DNA of 64,000 nt, from the NCBI GenBank assembly GCA_965216325.1, contig OZ244160.1, forward strand, positions 992,001 to 1,056,000. The letters are read 5' to 3'. The notes under the pieces are model-generated. The model was not told the origin of the DNA, searched no databases, and saw only the letters and a list, made by a program, of their open reading frames with translations. The stretch's first letter is position 1, and each line of letters begins with the position of its first letter. The stretch comes from Coraliomargarita sp. (GTDB lineage Bacteria > Verrucomicrobiota > Verrucomicrobiia > Opitutales > Coraliomargaritaceae). Position numbers and translations under genes: made by a program. This document shows positions 60,919 to 64,000 of the stretch, one piece after another.

Positions 60919-61971
60919 TTAGCTGATGGCCAGTTCAAGTTGCTCGGGGCCAGCGTGGGCCTCGGCAAATCGGACTCCAATGCCCATTAGGCGCACGGGA
61001 TGTCCACTGCGCCCCCATGCATCGGTCAGGAGGTGGCTATAGCGTTTTAAATCAGGCTGACTTCCGGCACACTCAGCCGTCGTGAGTCGGAAGTCGCTAA
61101 ACTTTAGCTTTAGGACTAGTTTAGCTATTTGTCGATCGGGTGCATTGCTGCGTAGATCTTCTATGAGCTCTTTATACTGGCGTTCCAACTGCTCCAGGCA
61201 GGTGCCAAGGCTTTCTAAGTCCTGCCTAAAGGTGTGCTCGATACTAAGTGTTTTGCGGATACGGCTTGGGTCAACGGGACGTTCGTCGACGCCGCGGCAA
61301 AGTTGATATAATTCCATGCCGAAGCTTCCAAAGTGATTCACTAGCTCGGCCTGACTATACTCTTGTAAGTCTGCACAGGTTTCGACGCCGAGCTTTGACA
61401 AACGTTCTGCACTCTTTGGGCCTACTCCCCAAATTTTGCGAACGGGTAGATTCTGCATGAACCCGCGCACATGCGAAGGGCTTACGATGCACTGTCCGTT
61501 TGGCTTATTCCAGTCACTCGCGATTTTTGCGATCAACTTATTGGGGGCGATACCCGCAGATGCGGTCAGTTGCGTTTCGGTGTAGATGTCCTTGCGAATG
61601 GATTCTGCAATTTCAGCACCCGCTTGCTTTAGATGGCTGACGTCTAAATAGGCTTCGTCGAGTGAGAGTGGCTCGATCAACTCTGTATAGCGTGCGTAGA
61701 TTGCTCGAATTTGCTTCGAAACTGCTCTGTAGAGCTCAAACCGAACCGGGAGGATGACGAGCGGCGGACACAGCTTGCGTGCTTCAAACACAGGCATTGC
61801 TGAGCGCACTCCAAACTCGCGGGCAGGGTAGTTGCATGTGGTTAACACGCCGCGCCCGGATGCCCCGCCGACTGCGAGAGGTCGTCCAGTCAGGTCAGGA
61901 TGTTCTCGCATTTCCACAGCTGCATAGAAGCAGTCCATGTCAATGTGGATAATTCGTCGGATTCGGCTCAC
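60919..61971 (-). CDS. dinB: DNA polymerase IV
   Basis: HIDMDCFYAAVE, NYPAREFGVRSAM, SLDEAYLD, SAGIAPNKLIAKIASD, C-terminal QLEL clamp motif. Confidence 0.96.
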   Translation of the reverse strand: MSRIRRIIHIDMDCFYAAVEMREHPDLTGRPLAVGGASGRGVLTTCNYPAREFGVRSAMPVFEARKLCPPLVILPVRFELYRAVSKQIRAIYARYTELIEPLSLDEAYLDVSHLKQAGAEIAESIRKDIYTETQLTASAGIAPNKLIAKIASDWNKPNGQCIVSPSHVRGFMQNLPVRKIWGVGPKSAERLSKLGVETCADLQEYSQAELVNHFGSFGMELYQLCRGVDERPVDPSRIRKTLSIEHTFRQDLESLGTCLEQLERQYKELIEDLRSNAPDRQIAKLVLKLKFSDFRLTTAECAGSQPDLKRYSHLLTDAWGRSGHPVRLMGIGVRFAEAHAGPEQLELAIS

Positions 61972-62040
61972 TGGAAAAGTCCAATGCGGGCTATCGACTT
62001 TGACAACGATAAGCTTTTGGATATGTCTATGGCACTGCGG

Positions 62041-62748
62041 ATGTCTCAGTCGGATACAATTATCTTTACCTACACGTTCACATTTTCGGACGGAAAACAG
62101 GCAAGCTTCGACGTTCGCTTGAATTCCGCTACGGGAACTTCCCGAAATCCGTGGCCCCAGAAGTTGCCCGACTGGACCAAGCTAGCGCACCATCAATGTG
62201 CTCATTGCCCCTTGTCAGCTAAGGAGCATGACTATTGTCCGGCTGCAGTGAGTGTTGTTGACATTGTGGACTTCTTTCATGAGGTCTCATCGATTGAGCC
62301 GGTAGAGGTCTCAGTCTATAGCGAAGCGCGCACGACTGTTAAAGATAGGGTGCCTCTGCCGAATGCAATTGGAGCGGTCATGGGAGCACGTTTTGCAAGT
62401 AGTGGTTGTCCGATTACTGCAATGTTTCAGCCTATGGTTCGCTATCATGTTCCCTTTACAACGATGGACGAAGCGACTTACCGGATTGTGACGATGCATG
62501 CGTTGGTGCAATTCTTGCGAATGAGTGATGGTCAATCAGTGGACTGGTCGTTTGATGGCCTCAGTCAGTTGTGTCGTGATGTAAATCGTTTGAATCTCGA
62601 TTTCTCAAGGCGCCTCCGGGAGTTGCAGGTAAATGACGCGACTACGAACGCGATTACCAGCTTGGATAGCTTTGTGCAGATGGTCGACATCACGGTCGAT
62701 GATGATTTTCTGACGGAGCTAAAGGAACTCTTTCGGGCACACCTCTAA
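62041..62748 (+). CDS. Conserved hypothetical protein (DUF6901-like, Cys-containing)
   Basis: WTKL...QCAHCPL...CPAA, SSGCP, PMVRYHVPF. Start at ATG 62041 avoids overlap with dinB. Confidence 0.7.
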   Translation: MSQSDTIIFTYTFTFSDGKQASFDVRLNSATGTSRNPWPQKLPDWTKLAHHQCAHCPLSAKEHDYCPAAVSVVDIVDFFHEVSSIEPVEVSVYSEARTTVKDRVPLPNAIGAVMGARFASSGCPITAMFQPMVRYHVPFTTMDEATYRIVTMHALVQFLRMSDGQSVDWSFDGLSQLCRDVNRLNLDFSRRLRELQVNDATTNAITSLDSFVQMVDITVDDDFLTELKELFRAHL

Positions 62749-62752
62749 GCTT

Positions 62753-63073
62753 TTAGCTAATCGGCTGAGCTAAGATAAACGGGCGCACAATCATCGCGTT
62801 AAAGCGCATGCCTTCTTTTTTCCAGTGCCCAACATGGAGGTCGCAGGGCTGGACGAGGTCACCGGATTTCAGCCAGGCTTGAACTTGATCTTTGTTATCT
62901 TCGGCGAATGCAAGGCCAGCGCGTTTGAGGTCCAGGCTTGGGTCGACGTAGATTAGATTACCTGCCTCGTAGTGAGGGTTCAAATAGCTCCAATCGACAT
63001 CGCCGCTGTATTTATCCAGCTTCTCTGCGTCGCTCATGGTGTCCTGAGCCGGACTGAATTCGTCGTTAAACAT
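62753..63073 (-). CDS. DUF2288-like protein
   Basis: VDWSYLNPH, LIYVDPSLDL, DNKDQVQAWL, IVRPFILAQ. Confidence 0.75.
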   Translation of the reverse strand: MFNDEFSPAQDTMSDAEKLDKYSGDVDWSYLNPHYEAGNLIYVDPSLDLKRAGLAFAEDNKDQVQAWLKSGDLVQPCDLHVGHWKKEGMRFNAMIVRPFILAQPIS

Positions 63074-63155
63074 ATCTCAGCTAAGCCCGACTTGTTTTTC
63101 AGTGCAAGTTCAAGTCGGTTGACTCTAGCACAAACGATCGCTGTGGTGCAGGCAG

Positions 63156-63944
63156 ATGGAAGATACAGAAGATAAGTTTGGCGCCGAAGCGCCGCTGGTG
63201 GATCTGGAGGACATGAGAGGGTGGGTTGTTCGTGAAGATGATGACCTACTCGTGATCAACAAGCCAGGTTGGTTAGTCTGCCATCCATCCAAGAACGGTC
63301 CGCTGTCTAGTCTCGTTGGGGCCGTGCGCGAGTATACGGGCGCCGAGAAGCTTCATCTGGTTGCGCGCCTGGATCGCGAGACCAGCGGCTTGATTGTTTT
63401 TGCCAAGCGACCGGCTATGGCCCGCAAATACCAGATGGCGATCCAGAATCGGATCGTAAAGAAAACCTATCTGGCAATTCTTGAGGGCGATCTCAAGGAG
63501 CCTATTCGTGTGGATCAATCGATCGCTCGTCGCCGAGAAGGCCTTGTTCATGTTAAGAACGAGGTCAGCTACGTGCGTGGTGCACAGTCAGCGATCACTG
63601 TATTTAGTCCAATCGCAAAAGGGGGTGATTACACCTTAGCGAAGGTCGAACCCGAAACGGGGCGTAAGCATCAGATTCGCGTGCACGCTGAGTGGCTGGA
63701 CCACAAAGTAGTGGGTGACAAAATCTACGGCCCCGACGAATCGCTCTATATAGAATTCATTGAGAATGGCTGGACCTCGCGACTTGAGGCTGCCTTGCCG
63801 CTCAAGCGTCAGGCCCTGCATTGCTACCAATATACTTTCAATTTCCCAGGGGAGCCAGTTACCTTAACTGCTCCCCTGCGTCAGGATATGCACGATTTTT
63901 GTGAGACTACGATGGGTTTGAGTTTAGAAGCCCTCGGTTTCTAG
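63156..63944 (+). CDS. RluA family pseudouridine synthase
   Basis: VINKPGWLVCH, ARLDRETSG (catalytic Asp), TGRKHQIRVH, VGDKIYG, QALH. Confidence 0.93.
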   Translation: MEDTEDKFGAEAPLVDLEDMRGWVVREDDDLLVINKPGWLVCHPSKNGPLSSLVGAVREYTGAEKLHLVARLDRETSGLIVFAKRPAMARKYQMAIQNRIVKKTYLAILEGDLKEPIRVDQSIARRREGLVHVKNEVSYVRGAQSAITVFSPIAKGGDYTLAKVEPETGRKHQIRVHAEWLDHKVVGDKIYGPDESLYIEFIENGWTSRLEAALPLKRQALHCYQYTFNFPGEPVTLTAPLRQDMHDFCETTMGLSLEALGF

Positions 63945-64000
63945 AAACTAACTGCGCCGCTGAGATAGAAGAGGGCGACTTGAATCAGGCCAATTATGAA
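63941..64000 (-). CDS. C-terminal end of a probable membrane protein (starts outside window)
   Basis: Minus strand reads FIIGLIQVALFYLSGAVSF*, with its stop overlapping the RluA-family gene stop. Confidence 0.4.
   Translation of the reverse strand, partial: FIIGLIQVALFYLSGAVSF

Noticed and set aside
61900..62040. Overlap between dinB and the DUF6901-like ORF
   Set aside because: Artefact of choosing the most upstream start; ATG 62041 removes the overlap.

Overview
64 kb of bacterial chromosome, mostly core genes. The gene set and protein styles (mcsA-mcsB-clpC in a diderm context, DUF2851, DUF4032-like small protein, short-CTD ParC, GTP-type PEPCK) suggest Verrucomicrobiota/Opitutia, Coraliomargarita-like. 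That assignment is inferred, not checked. Recognisable genes: a UDP-glucuronate decarboxylase, nadA, avtA, the ileS-dksA-lspA operon, a MoxR ATPase, mrp/apbC, tolB, parC, pckG, mntR-like, a SWIM-SNF2 helicase, a PAS histidine kinase with response regulator, mpl, hisF, acs, ilvE, mcsAB-clpC, hflX, ackA-pta, dinB and an RluA-family synthase. I found no rRNA, tRNA, CRISPR array, integrase or transposase. The best candidate for an undescribed system is a co-directional six-gene block at 48294-53485. It encodes a 7-TM microbial-rhodopsin-like protein lacking the retinal lysine, a Pro/Ala-rich bitopic membrane protein, a catalytically dead Hanks-type pseudokinase, an unknown protein with an acidic tail, an orphan ParA/MinD ATPase and a protein with RNAP-alpha-CTD/HhH-like motifs. 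Also notable: a canonical sigma54 promoter before mcsAB-clpC, a PD-(D/E)XK-like protein with a beta-clamp motif, several families of small intergenic palindromic repeats, Cys-depleted metal sites in DksA/IleS/Mrp, and a LEA_2 lipoprotein gene broken by tandem stop codons. All family assignments come from motif recognition by eye.
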